64,000 nucleotides of DNA, from contig CAVXWP010000016.1 of NCBI GenBank assembly GCA_963765495.1, forward strand, positions 1-64,000. Direction: 5' to 3'. This stretch comes from Blastocatellia bacterium (lineage in GTDB: Bacteria; Acidobacteriota; Blastocatellia; UBA7656). Position numbers and translations under genes: made by a program. The notes under the pieces are model-generated. The model was not told the origin of the DNA. It ran no database searches and worked only from the letters and a program-made list of their open reading frames with translations. This document shows positions 28,596 to 37,888 of the stretch, piece after piece (position 1 is the stretch's first letter; every line of letters starts with the position of its first letter).

Positions 28596-30191
28596 ATGAA
28601 CGTGGTATCCTGCAAAAAGAGATCGCTAGCAATCGTGTTAGCGCTGACCCTGCTTGGGACGACCGTGGCCTTTGCGCAGCATCCTGGTCCACAGCCGCGC
28701 CCCGGCCCGTCCACACAAACGACCTCGGCGGACGGAATCACGACCTTTGTCACAACCCCACAGGGGGGCTTTCCGTCCCAAGACCCATTTGCCAGCCCAC
28801 CTGGCTCAAATTTCCTGTACACGGTCGACTCGAACATGTTCGATGGCCGTGGGGTCGAGATGCCAAACACCTTGCCATCAAGGCCGGATAATCCTTACAA
28901 CCTGCATGATGGTGATGTAGTGGTATCGGAAATTGATAAGACATCGCCCTCAGATGATCTGAAGGCGATTTTCGCGAGTGTGAAAGAGAAGGCGGAATAC
29001 GGCAATATTGACGGTCCGGCGATTCAACGCGCCATCGATATTCTCGAAGGGAATCCCATCCCCGACCGGGTATACAGCGGATTGGCGATGCTGCACTACA
29101 CCGGACCGGAGAAATTCAAACGGGTAACGCCGATTTTTGGCAGGAATGGACAGAAGATCGGCGGAAACGTAGACATCCATCAGGTCTGGTTCGACACCCA
29201 TATCGAATCGGATACCTCCTTGCTCGATCCGAGCGATGTGCAGGATGTTCCCTGGACTATTACCTACACGGTGGACGTTCTGAACCGGGGCTCTGATGAT
29301 TTCTCGCCCTTCGTCATGTATTTTGACGATCCAACGCTCAGCCCGCCCGGCTCGCCGCCGATGCCTCACGTCGCGATGGATCAAACCTTCTTCCCGATGG
29401 AAGATGGCACCCGCAGTATCTTCAAGATCAAGATGACTCCGGGGAAGTATTATAATCTTACCTACACCTGGGGATGGCGCATCCATCCGCCACGCGTACA
29501 GGTAACAGAAAACGCTCTCAAAGTCGTTGGGGGCAAAACGCTGTTGCAATGGGAGATCGACACGTTCGGCCCGGCTCCACGCTCGAGTCGGCTGGCCAAA
29601 CTGGCAGCCATAGCCAAGATCGGCGCTCTCTCGCCGGCCAAGCAGATGTGGCTGGCGTTAAAGGCGGCGCTTCTGCCGGTTTCGCCCAGCGCAGTCGTAG
29701 TGGCGATGAGACAGGCGCAGGAAGCATTTGAGTCCTGGTTCGACCGCACCAAGCTGCCGCGTGGCGTGCAGGCTGACCCCAATGCCGACATTACGATTTT
29801 GTACGTCAACAACACGATTTATGGCAGTGAATTGGAGAACTTTGACAAGTGGACCAAGCGACCGCAGACATTCAAAGTCACATTGCTCAACGGCGACCAC
29901 TTCGAGCACAGCTACATGAACGTCGACTTCGGCGGGTCGCGCGGCTGGGAGAACCAGTTCCAGTCGACGACTTCCGTAGGCGGTTCAGGGTGCTGGTTCA
30001 CCTTCGGTCGGGTTCACTGGTGGGTCAACGCTGGCGGCCCCTTCGGGTTGATCAACGTGCCGCCTGTCCAGGGCTTGACGCCCGGTCTGCACAAGGTTGA
30101 GATAACGTTGAATTTCGAGCCGACTCGAAGACTGAGGCTCTATCAATTCGATCCGCTCCACCATGATGTAGCCGTGTATTCATTGCACTGA
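28596..30191 (+). CDS. secreted hypothetical protein, His/Trp-rich
   Basis: Signal peptide; PYNLH, WGWRIHPPRVQ, GSRGWEN and YQFDPLHHDVAVYSLH. Confidence 0.88.
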   Translation: MNVVSCKKRSLAIVLALTLLGTTVAFAQHPGPQPRPGPSTQTTSADGITTFVTTPQGGFPSQDPFASPPGSNFLYTVDSNMFDGRGVEMPNTLPSRPDNPYNLHDGDVVVSEIDKTSPSDDLKAIFASVKEKAEYGNIDGPAIQRAIDILEGNPIPDRVYSGLAMLHYTGPEKFKRVTPIFGRNGQKIGGNVDIHQVWFDTHIESDTSLLDPSDVQDVPWTITYTVDVLNRGSDDFSPFVMYFDDPTLSPPGSPPMPHVAMDQTFFPMEDGTRSIFKIKMTPGKYYNLTYTWGWRIHPPRVQVTENALKVVGGKTLLQWEIDTFGPAPRSSRLAKLAAIAKIGALSPAKQMWLALKAALLPVSPSAVVVAMRQAQEAFESWFDRTKLPRGVQADPNADITILYVNNTIYGSELENFDKWTKRPQTFKVTLLNGDHFEHSYMNVDFGGSRGWENQFQSTTSVGGSGCWFTFGRVHWWVNAGGPFGLINVPPVQGLTPGLHKVEITLNFEPTRRLRLYQFDPLHHDVAVYSLH

Positions 30192-30244
30192 GGCGCGGAT
30201 TAACTTGAGCCAGGAGACGTTTAAAGCAGACTTCTCAATCTACC

Positions 30245-30279
30245 GCCCGGTTGCCTCAACTGCACCCGAGCAACCGGGC
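30245..30279 (+). terminator. hairpin after the MCO operon
   Basis: GCCCGGTTGC...GCAACCGGGC. Confidence 0.5.
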
Positions 30280-30437
30280 GCCTTTGCCATCGCGGCTGTG
30301 ACAAAGACCATAACCGACTTGGCATTCGAGCCTGCGCATCTGAATGTCACTGCCGCATTCAATTCGGGTCAAAGAGATCCGGTTGGTTGTATATAGGTCA
30401 TTAAGAAATATCAGGATGACCACAAAAGGAGTGTGCC

Positions 30438-31202
30438 ATGAAAATTGCAAACAGAATCTTTATGCTTTGCCTGGTGGTTGCGACCACGCTATTCGCTCTT
30501 CCAAAATCAATGTATGCCGCTTCAGATCAACCCCTCCCGGATAATCTGATCAAGGAGGCAATACAAACGAGCTTGAATCATAATCCCCAGCTTTTCATCA
30601 ACGAGAAATCAGGCAACTTAGACCCCTCAACCCGTGTCACGATCACAAACGTAGAGATATTACGAAAAGGCGAACGGAATAATCGCTATGGTTACTGGCC
30701 GGTTGAAGCGCGTGTCGCAGGGGTGCTTGAGACCACCTCCAATTCCCCCGAAGCCAGTGTGCGGCGTTGCGTCTTCAACGGTATTCTGAGTTTCCAGGTG
30801 CGGAAACAGAAGGGTGGTCGATTGACGGCGACATTAGATTCACGCAATCAAGTCAAGCTAGATTGTAAAGGAAAGGTCACACAGACGGGTGAAGTAAATC
30901 TCCCGAAGCAGAGTTCGGAAGCCCAGGATATCCTCGCTAAAGCCATGAGTGCGAAACCGGAAATAAACGGGCAACCACAAGCCAACACACTTGAGCAGAT
31001 CATAAAGGATTACAGCACCAACAAAGGCAATTTCAATATCCGGCCAATCGGATGGGAAGCGTCGAAAGAGAAGGAAGGCCTCTGGAGAATAGTGCTTCAC
31101 TACTGGGATTATAGGAATGATCACCAGGTCATTGAGTGGGAGTATGCTCCCGAATCGGGCAGGCTTTATCCTGTGTTCATGCAAATGACTCCGAGCAAGT
31201 GA
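30438..31202 (+). CDS. secreted hypothetical protein
   Basis: AAGGAG RBS and signal peptide. Confidence 0.75.
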   Translation: MKIANRIFMLCLVVATTLFALPKSMYAASDQPLPDNLIKEAIQTSLNHNPQLFINEKSGNLDPSTRVTITNVEILRKGERNNRYGYWPVEARVAGVLETTSNSPEASVRRCVFNGILSFQVRKQKGGRLTATLDSRNQVKLDCKGKVTQTGEVNLPKQSSEAQDILAKAMSAKPEINGQPQANTLEQIIKDYSTNKGNFNIRPIGWEASKEKEGLWRIVLHYWDYRNDHQVIEWEYAPESGRLYPVFMQMTPSK

Positions 31203-31261
31203 TTCTTGAAGAGCCTGATCTTCGGTTATAGAAAGCCGATCAGCGAGGCAACGGCGCTAAG

Positions 31262-31684
31262 ATGCAAGACCGAAACCCACAATTCCTGAGATTGCGCGCG
31301 GTATGCGCCTTGTTCGCGCTGTGCTTAAGCTGGTTGGGGATTCAGCTTGAGACCGCAACCGTCTCCGCCGCCGTCTGTTCAAGCGCCTGCTGTGGCGAGC
31401 AAAGCCACTGCTGTTGTAGGCCCCGCCGTGCTTCAAACCAAAAGGATTCTACTCAGGGCACGAAAAAAATCGAGGCGGCGGAAGTTGCTCCGTCTTGTCC
31501 GCAAGGCTGTCTGGCATCCCGATTTTCTACTTCGTCTTTCTCGCGTGAATTACTATACGCAGCTTCTCGGAGATCAGGTCTATTTGGTCTTCGGATCCAT
31601 CACACAGACGGCGCTGCCGTCGCGTTTGGTCTTTTCCATCCCCATCAATCCTCTCCTCGTGCGCCGCCGACACTCTCCATCTGA
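31262..31684 (+). CDS. Cys-rich DUF2946/CruR-like leader protein ending in RAPP
   Basis: Hydrophobic N-terminus, CSSACC, HCCC, CPQGC, C-terminal SPRAPP; directly upstream of a TonB receptor gene. Confidence 0.7.
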   Translation: MQDRNPQFLRLRAVCALFALCLSWLGIQLETATVSAAVCSSACCGEQSHCCCRPRRASNQKDSTQGTKKIEAAEVAPSCPQGCLASRFSTSSFSRELLYAASRRSGLFGLRIHHTDGAAVAFGLFHPHQSSPRAPPTLSI

Positions 31685-31809
31685 TCATCGCTTGATTTAC
31701 CACAGATTCATTTCCCAACGGTCTTTGCCGACATGCATCGGCTGGCGTGAAGGGTCGGCGCATCCTGATCTATCAAAGCGAGTGTCGGCAGAAGATAAGG
31801 AGAAGAGCC

Positions 31810-33073
31810 ATGCGGTCAATACAAATATCAGGGCGAAAGCTCCGCTTGTTAGTAGCGATTATTACTTTACGATCTGATCAATGCAGGGGGGGTGCCGGTG
31901 CTGGCCCAGCAGGCAGTAACATCAGCAACGCTTAGCGGTCACGTCGAAGACATAAATGGCGCCGCCTTGAGTGAAGCGCCGGTTACCATCATCAACCTGG
32001 ACCAGAACCGTACCTGGGAAACGAAAAGCGACGAACAGGGACATTTTCGCTTTCCATATCTGCCGATTGGCAGCTACGAACTCAGGATCGAGTTAGCGGG
32101 CTTTAGTCTAATGCGAAAGGATCTCGTGCTCTCGGTCGGTCAAGCGCTCGACGTGCCCCTACGGCTGTCGGTAGCCAGTGTCGATGAACAGGTAAACGTC
32201 ACGACTGACGTTCCGATAATCGAAACACTTCGGTCACAGGTGGCGGGAACCGTAACGCCGCAAGAGATTACTTCGTTGCCGCTGAATGGTCGCAACTACC
32301 TCGATCTCGCGCTGCTTGTTCCCACCGTATCACGCACCAACACTGGAAGCAACCAGCGATTTGCGGAAACCTCTGCCGTACCGGGCACGGGTCTTTCCAT
32401 CGCAGGCCAGCGCAACCTCAACAACGGCTTTATCGTTGATGGACTGTCAACAAACGACGACGCTGCTGATCTGGCCGGCACGTTTTACAGTCAGGAGGTG
32501 ATCCGAGAGTTTCAGGTGATTACGTCCGGCGGCATAGCCGAATATGGCCGCGCTTCCTCCGGGGTCGTCAACATCATCACACAGTCGGGAACCAGGGACT
32601 GGCGTGGACGCCACTACAGTTTTCTGCGCAATCAGCGCTTCGACGCCAGAAATCCGCTTGCTCCGCGCAAAGATGCGCTTACGCAATCACAATATGGAGC
32701 GAGCGTAGGCGGCGCGCTCGTCGGCAACCATACCTTTCTGTTTGCCAATTTCGAGCAGACCCGGCGCAATGACTCACTCGTCATAACCATACCGGCTGCC
32801 AGCGTCGCAGCCATAAACACCAGGTTGAACCAGGTAAACTTTTCCGGTCCTCGGATTGAAACCGGCCTCGTCCCGTCCGGCTTTGACGTGACCAACTTTT
32901 TTGCGCGGGTGGATCACCGGATCAACTCTGCGAATCAGTTTGCGGCGCGTTACAGCCTCTATAACGTTTCGGCGATCAATTCACGCGCCGTGATGCCATC
33001 CGCCCCCAACTCAAGCTTCCCTCGTGCGATCCTGCGTGCAAAAGGGTGCGAAATCATCAGGGGAGTAAACTAG
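31810..33073 (+). pseudogene. truncated TonB-dependent receptor (CarboxypepD_reg + plug, Oar type)
   Basis: LPLNGRNYLDL, EFQVIT, AEYGRASSGVVN, LRNQRFDARNP. Frameshift in the signal region; ends after about 400 aa with most of the barrel missing. Confidence 0.85.
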
Positions 33074-33104
33074 AACTGTCTGATGTGAAACGACTCTGGA
33101 GAAG

Positions 33105-33902
33105 CTAGTGTCGGCGCAGCGTCTCTTCTTCGGCCAATTCGCGAAGTCTCTGCATATCAAGAACAGAGATCTCTTTGCGGTTGATATTGATGATGCCTTC
33201 ATCACGGAGCCGGCCCAGAGCATTGCTCACCGTCTCACGATAGACACCGATCATATCAGCGATATCCTGGTGCGTCACTTCTTTGATTGTTTGCGTATCA
33301 TTCTGGGAGAGGCTGAGCAATAACGTAGCGACTCGGGCTGGTATTCCCTTAAAGACGCTATCGCTGAGCTTAGCCTGTGCATTGTGCATACGCTGGCCGA
33401 TTTCTTCGAGCATGCGAAAAGCAACCTGCGGCCTCATCAGCATTAGTCGTTCAATATCTGCCCGTCCCATTACACATATCGTGCAGTCCTCCGCCGCTTC
33501 AGCAAACAGGGTGTACATATTCTGACCAATGAGCGCCATCTCCCCGAAAAAGGTCATTGGCTCGATCACCTGGATGACCAGTTTACGCCCTTCCGCCGAG
33601 AGGCGATACAGATGGACCGAGCCCTTCTTGAGCATGAAAAGTATCTCGCCCGTTTCGCCCGGCATGTAAATAATTTGACCTTTGATTGCCGTCTTCATGA
33701 CGGTCGAGTCAATGATCATCTGCATCTCATTTTTCGAAAGGTCGCGAAAAATACGAAAGGCTAAAAGGTACCCCACTTTAGTCGGCTCGTCAGCCAAGGC
33801 CGCAGTAATGACGTCTGAAGTTGCGGCCGCCGTTGTCTGCTCCATCCCTGATCTTCGACCGCCGAGCAATCGTGAAAAGGTTGATAAAATACTTTGTGCC
33901 AT
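33105..33902 (-). CDS. Crp/Fnr-family regulator 3, close paralogue of regulator 2
   Basis: Long near-identical blocks shared with 19839-20630 (LKKGSVHLYRLS, LFAEAAEDCT, FKGIPARVA, HQDIADM.GVYRETVSNALG). Confidence 0.93.
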   Translation of the reverse strand: MAQSILSTFSRLLGGRRSGMEQTTAAATSDVITAALADEPTKVGYLLAFRIFRDLSKNEMQMIIDSTVMKTAIKGQIIYMPGETGEILFMLKKGSVHLYRLSAEGRKLVIQVIEPMTFFGEMALIGQNMYTLFAEAAEDCTICVMGRADIERLMLMRPQVAFRMLEEIGQRMHNAQAKLSDSVFKGIPARVATLLLSLSQNDTQTIKEVTHQDIADMIGVYRETVSNALGRLRDEGIININRKEISVLDMQRLRELAEEETLRRH

Positions 33903-34092
33903 TTCTGGATACTCCTTACTTTTGATATGGAACCCGAAGCCAATAAAAGCCGTAGTGTTGGCCACAACCCAGCTTGAATGCTTGTCAAAAGTATATACCA
34001 ACAATGGTGAAAACTTATTGCCAAATTGGAAATAAGGGAGTCAGATCGTGATAGAGTATTTACAGTTGGAAATGGTGTTTATATATACCTAC

Positions 34093-35099
34093 ACCTAATG
34101 TGCGACTCTTTCGTCGCTCAAATTGCGAGGAGGCCATCCAAATCAAGCGACGGTCTCCCCTTTTGTAGATTAAGAAAGACGCCGACCGTATGTGCCAGCA
34201 CCTTTCGGATGATCCGGCTTTGATAATGCCATATGTCTTTGGCTCGGGTCCGCGCAATACCAAATAATTCGGTCAAATGCGACCCCACGGTTTCTATAAC
34301 TTTGCGCCATCGTTTGCAGGCACGCACTACTGCCTCTGGCCACTGCTCTTTCATATTTGCACGCACCGCTGCCACAACCGTTACGCCATATCGCTGTTTC
34401 AACAAGGCTTGTCGGTAGGGATCTATGAAGCCTTTGTCAGCAGGCACTAACCCTCGAAAGCCTTCAACCAGGGCTTCTGTATGATTGACATCATGCGGAC
34501 GGGCTGAAAGCAACGGGTAATGCGTAATCATCCCCGACAAACTGACGCGCAAGCCCAGTTTGAAGCCGTAGTAAGAGAGTTGCTTTGCGGCACAATAGCC
34601 GTAATCGGCCTGGAATTTGAAGCATTTATCGCGCTGGGCGCGTGTGTAAGTACAAACCGGCAAGGGCAAAGTATCAATTGGTTGAATAGAGGTTTGCGAT
34701 TGCTCAGAGACTTCGACGAGACGTTTTTGAATTGCAGCTTTGACCTGCCAGAGGTCAGCCGCTTGACGAACAAAGCGGGTGCGATCAGTGAGGTTAGGAA
34801 AGAAATGCTGGAAATGCTTATGGAAATAAGCGAAGAGGTCACGATCAATGTGAAGTTTGAAGAATTCGCCGCAGATTTCCATAGTGATAACTTCTTGGTC
34901 AGTAAGAGCCGGTTGAAAGCCGCCGCGACGCAGCCCGGAGAGAGGGGCGACCGCAGCATAGTGCTCGACAACCAGGCAGTAAACGGTGATGATAAAGGTA
35001 TCTCGATCCATCGGGTAAGTCTCCTGTGAAGGTGTTAGTCACATCCATTCTACAGGATGACTTGCTTGATGGATCACTCAAATGAGTCGCACATTAGGT
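34093..35099 (-). mobile_element. IS982-family insertion sequence (1007 bp)
   Basis: Perfect 16-bp TIR ACCTAATGTGCGACTC; no TSD evident. Confidence 0.9.
34118..35011 (-). CDS. IS982-family transposase
   Basis: LTDQEVIT, IDTLPLPVC, YYGFKL, ADKGF and RKVIET. Confidence 0.92.
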   Translation of the reverse strand: MDRDTFIITVYCLVVEHYAAVAPLSGLRRGGFQPALTDQEVITMEICGEFFKLHIDRDLFAYFHKHFQHFFPNLTDRTRFVRQAADLWQVKAAIQKRLVEVSEQSQTSIQPIDTLPLPVCTYTRAQRDKCFKFQADYGYCAAKQLSYYGFKLGLRVSLSGMITHYPLLSARPHDVNHTEALVEGFRGLVPADKGFIDPYRQALLKQRYGVTVVAAVRANMKEQWPEAVVRACKRWRKVIETVGSHLTELFGIARTRAKDIWHYQSRIIRKVLAHTVGVFLNLQKGRPSLDLDGLLAI

Positions 35100-35120
35100 T
35101 CTTATACTGTTATTTGCGCT

Positions 35121-35144
35121 TCAATAATCACACCCGAAGCGCCT
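35121..35144 (+). repeat. 24-bp direct repeat, copy 2
   Basis: TCAATAATCACACCCGAAGCGCCT. Confidence 0.8.
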
Positions 35145-35200
35145 ACTTCAGGGCCGTTTATTTCTCAGATTGACCTATTGAGATATTAGGAAACCACTGA

Positions 35201-35455
35201 TTGCTTTATCAAATGGCCCTGGAATACATAAATCCACAAGGAACTTTATATCATTCTGGAACCCAAGCTTATTTCGTTGCGCCTAATAAATTGTCCATGC
35301 CAGGAGAAGTTATTGAAGCAAACTGCACAAAAGAAGATTCGCGTCTCGCAGCACTTGCCGAAGATGCGGCGACTCGCTGGCAGTTCACCCCTACTTATGT
35401 AAACGGTGAACGAGTCGTAGTTGAAAGCCAGCTAACATTTCATTTTTCACGGTAG
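35201..35455 (+). pseudogene. TonB C-terminal domain fragment
   Basis: GEVIEA...LAALAEDAATRWQFTPTYVNGERVVVESQLTFHF. Confidence 0.6.
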
Positions 35456-35517
35456 CTTAATTTTGCATATTTGAATCTGGCCAAAAGTGAGCAAGCTACA
35501 ATAGCCTTTTCCCAGAA

Positions 35518-35673
35518 TTATTCCGGTGAAGCCATAGTCATTGAGCCAGCAGTAATGCTCCGCAGGGCTGCCAATGTCTCGATTACCTCGCGCCCTTCAA
35601 TCTCGATGACCTCAAGCAGTTGCTCAGGCGTCGGTGTATCCTCGCCGCTCCTGGCGTTTGGATTTACGGCCTT
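35518..35673 (-). pseudogene. C-terminal remnant resembling a type I HsdM/N6 methyltransferase tail
   Basis: KAVNPNARSGEDTPTPEQLLEVIEIEGREVIETLAALR, preceded by an in-frame stop. Confidence 0.45.
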
Positions 35674-35963
35674 CTACAAAGGTATTTCAGGCGATTCAGA
35701 GAGGCGCTGATCGTTCAGAGTCTTGAAAATCTTCTTTTCCATGACCATCTGCTTGAGCCGTAAATGCTCATGAGTGAACCCGTTCTCATGTGTCCAAAAG
35801 AGAATTGAATTGATGCCTCGAGTGGTGATGTTGCAAGTGACAGGGGCGATCCGGGCAATAATCCTTGAAATAGCTACGTTACATATCTATACTTTCGGCT
35901 TAATTGGTCGCTGACCTCGACGGAGATTTTTGCATCTAAAGCCCCGATTGGGTGAAAGGTATT

Positions 35964-37877
35964 ATGAAAAGGTTATTTAAATCCGCTCTGCTTGCGGCGT
36001 TCATTTCTATAATGCTTAGCTCTGCGGCTCACGCAGAAAGGGTTGCCACGCTTAAAGGATCTATCAGAGATGTGCGCGGTTACAATCTTCCGTGGCTCTT
36101 CATCAAGGCGAAGGAGCGAGCAAGCGGTCAGGAGGTTGAAACCAAATCTGACCGGGAGGGCGCTTTCACGTTCGATAATCTCAAGCCCGGACGATATACG
36201 CTCACGACCTCGACCCCCGGAATTGAGCGGGTGGTAACAGTAGTCGAAGTCAAAGCGGGCGAACAGGCCGAGGTATCGATGCTCGCGCGCCCCTTGATGC
36301 TGACCGGAAATTCCGCCGTAGACAAATATATTCTGTCGTCGACAGATCAGGGAGGGCGCTACCCGGCAGGTAATATCAGCTATCTGAATATAAACGACGC
36401 AATTGATACCTATTTCATGTGGGCCTATTTCGGGATACTGGGATTGTTGTCGGTCTACGGCATATATCGCTATCGAATGGTCTATCTATTCCTGCGCTAT
36501 CGAAAGCACTCGCCTGTGCCTGAGAGCCGTTTCCCGGAGAATCGGCTGCCCCGCGTAACGGTTCAATTGCCGCTGTTCAATGAAATGTATGTAGCCGAGA
36601 GGCTTATTGAGGCTATAGTCAAGCTTGATTACCCGCGCGAATTGCTCGAGATTCAGGTGCTTGACGATTCGACCGATGATACGCGCGAGATTGTGGCGCG
36701 AACGGTCAAGAAGTATTTCGAGCAAGGGTTTGACATAACTCACCATCACCGCACGGACCGCACCGGCTTCAAAGCCGGCGCGCTCGAAGCCGGCTTGAAA
36801 AAATCTTCGGGTGAGTTTGTTCTGATCTTCGATGCCGATTTCGTCCCGCGCCCGGATTGCATCCGTCGAATGATAGATTACTTCACAAACGAGCGCGTGG
36901 GGCTTGTGCAGATGCGCTGGAGCCATATCAATGCCAATTACTCTCTGCTCACAAAGGTGCAGGCCATTATGCTCGACGGCCATTTCATTATAGAGCAGAC
37001 GGCGCGCAATCGCTGCGGGGGCTTCTTTAATTTCAACGGCACGGCCGGGATGTGGCGGCGCGAAGCCATAGAATGGTCGGGCGGGTGGCAGCACGATACG
37101 CTGGCCGAAGACACCGATCTCTCATACCGCGCGCAATTGATGGGCTGGCGTTTCGTCTATCTTGTAGACGAAGACGTGCCTGCCGAATTGCCGGTCGAGA
37201 TAAATGCCTTCAAGTCTCAACAGCGCAGATGGGCAAAGGGGCTTGTTCAGGTAGGAATAAAGATGCTTGGTCGCATGCGGCGGGACCCTCGCCTCCCGTT
37301 CGACGTAAAGATGGAACAGTTCTTCCGATTGACGGGAAATCTCGCCGCGCCGCTTGTGATCGTGCTCGCGCTGATAAATTTCCCCGTGCTGATAGTTCGC
37401 TACAACCAGGGATTGTTCCACCTCTTCGCGCTCGATGTGCCGATACTGACTTTCACTACGCTTTCGGTCGTAGCCTTTTACGTAGTACCGCAGTGGTATC
37501 TTTATCCAAAGACGTGGCGAAGCTCGCTCAAATATATGCCCTTTGTCATGAGCATGGGAATAGCGCTTACGCTCTCGAACACGCGAGCCGTACTCGAAGC
37601 ACTCGTAGGCGTAAAGACTCCTTTTGTCCGCACGCCCAAGTACAGCATCGAAGACAACAGCGATCAAACATGGGTGAAAAAGAGATACGTTCCGCGAAGA
37701 CTCGCAGTGCCGTTGATCGAGACATTGTTTGCCGCATACTTTATCTTTACAATCTGGTATGCCGTAAGCAGTCGCATATTCGGCACTATTCCGTTTCTGT
37801 TGATCTACCTGTTTGGTTACGCCTATGCCTCAGTGCTGACGGTTATGCAGGGCCGAGTCAAGCTGCGCCGCAAATAG
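35964..37877 (+). CDS. GT2 processive glycosyltransferase (CslA/cellulose synthase-like) with N-terminal CarboxypepD_reg-like domain
   Basis: QLPLFNE, DDS, KAGAL, FDADF, AEDTD, QQRRW and multiple TMs. Confidence 0.92.
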   Translation: MKRLFKSALLAAFISIMLSSAAHAERVATLKGSIRDVRGYNLPWLFIKAKERASGQEVETKSDREGAFTFDNLKPGRYTLTTSTPGIERVVTVVEVKAGEQAEVSMLARPLMLTGNSAVDKYILSSTDQGGRYPAGNISYLNINDAIDTYFMWAYFGILGLLSVYGIYRYRMVYLFLRYRKHSPVPESRFPENRLPRVTVQLPLFNEMYVAERLIEAIVKLDYPRELLEIQVLDDSTDDTREIVARTVKKYFEQGFDITHHHRTDRTGFKAGALEAGLKKSSGEFVLIFDADFVPRPDCIRRMIDYFTNERVGLVQMRWSHINANYSLLTKVQAIMLDGHFIIEQTARNRCGGFFNFNGTAGMWRREAIEWSGGWQHDTLAEDTDLSYRAQLMGWRFVYLVDEDVPAELPVEINAFKSQQRRWAKGLVQVGIKMLGRMRRDPRLPFDVKMEQFFRLTGNLAAPLVIVLALINFPVLIVRYNQGLFHLFALDVPILTFTTLSVVAFYVVPQWYLYPKTWRSSLKYMPFVMSMGIALTLSNTRAVLEALVGVKTPFVRTPKYSIEDNSDQTWVKKRYVPRRLAVPLIETLFAAYFIFTIWYAVSSRIFGTIPFLLIYLFGYAYASVLTVMQGRVKLRRK

Positions 37878-37888
37878 AAAGCAATCCC

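Noticed and set aside
10340-34090. Canonical Crp (TGTGA-N6-TCACA) or Fnr boxes in the island
   Set aside because: Only half-sites were found by eye.
37052-37888. N-terminal 279 aa of the 1001-aa ORF
   Set aside because: Out-of-frame overlap with the GT2 gene; the signal peptide begins at ATG 37889.
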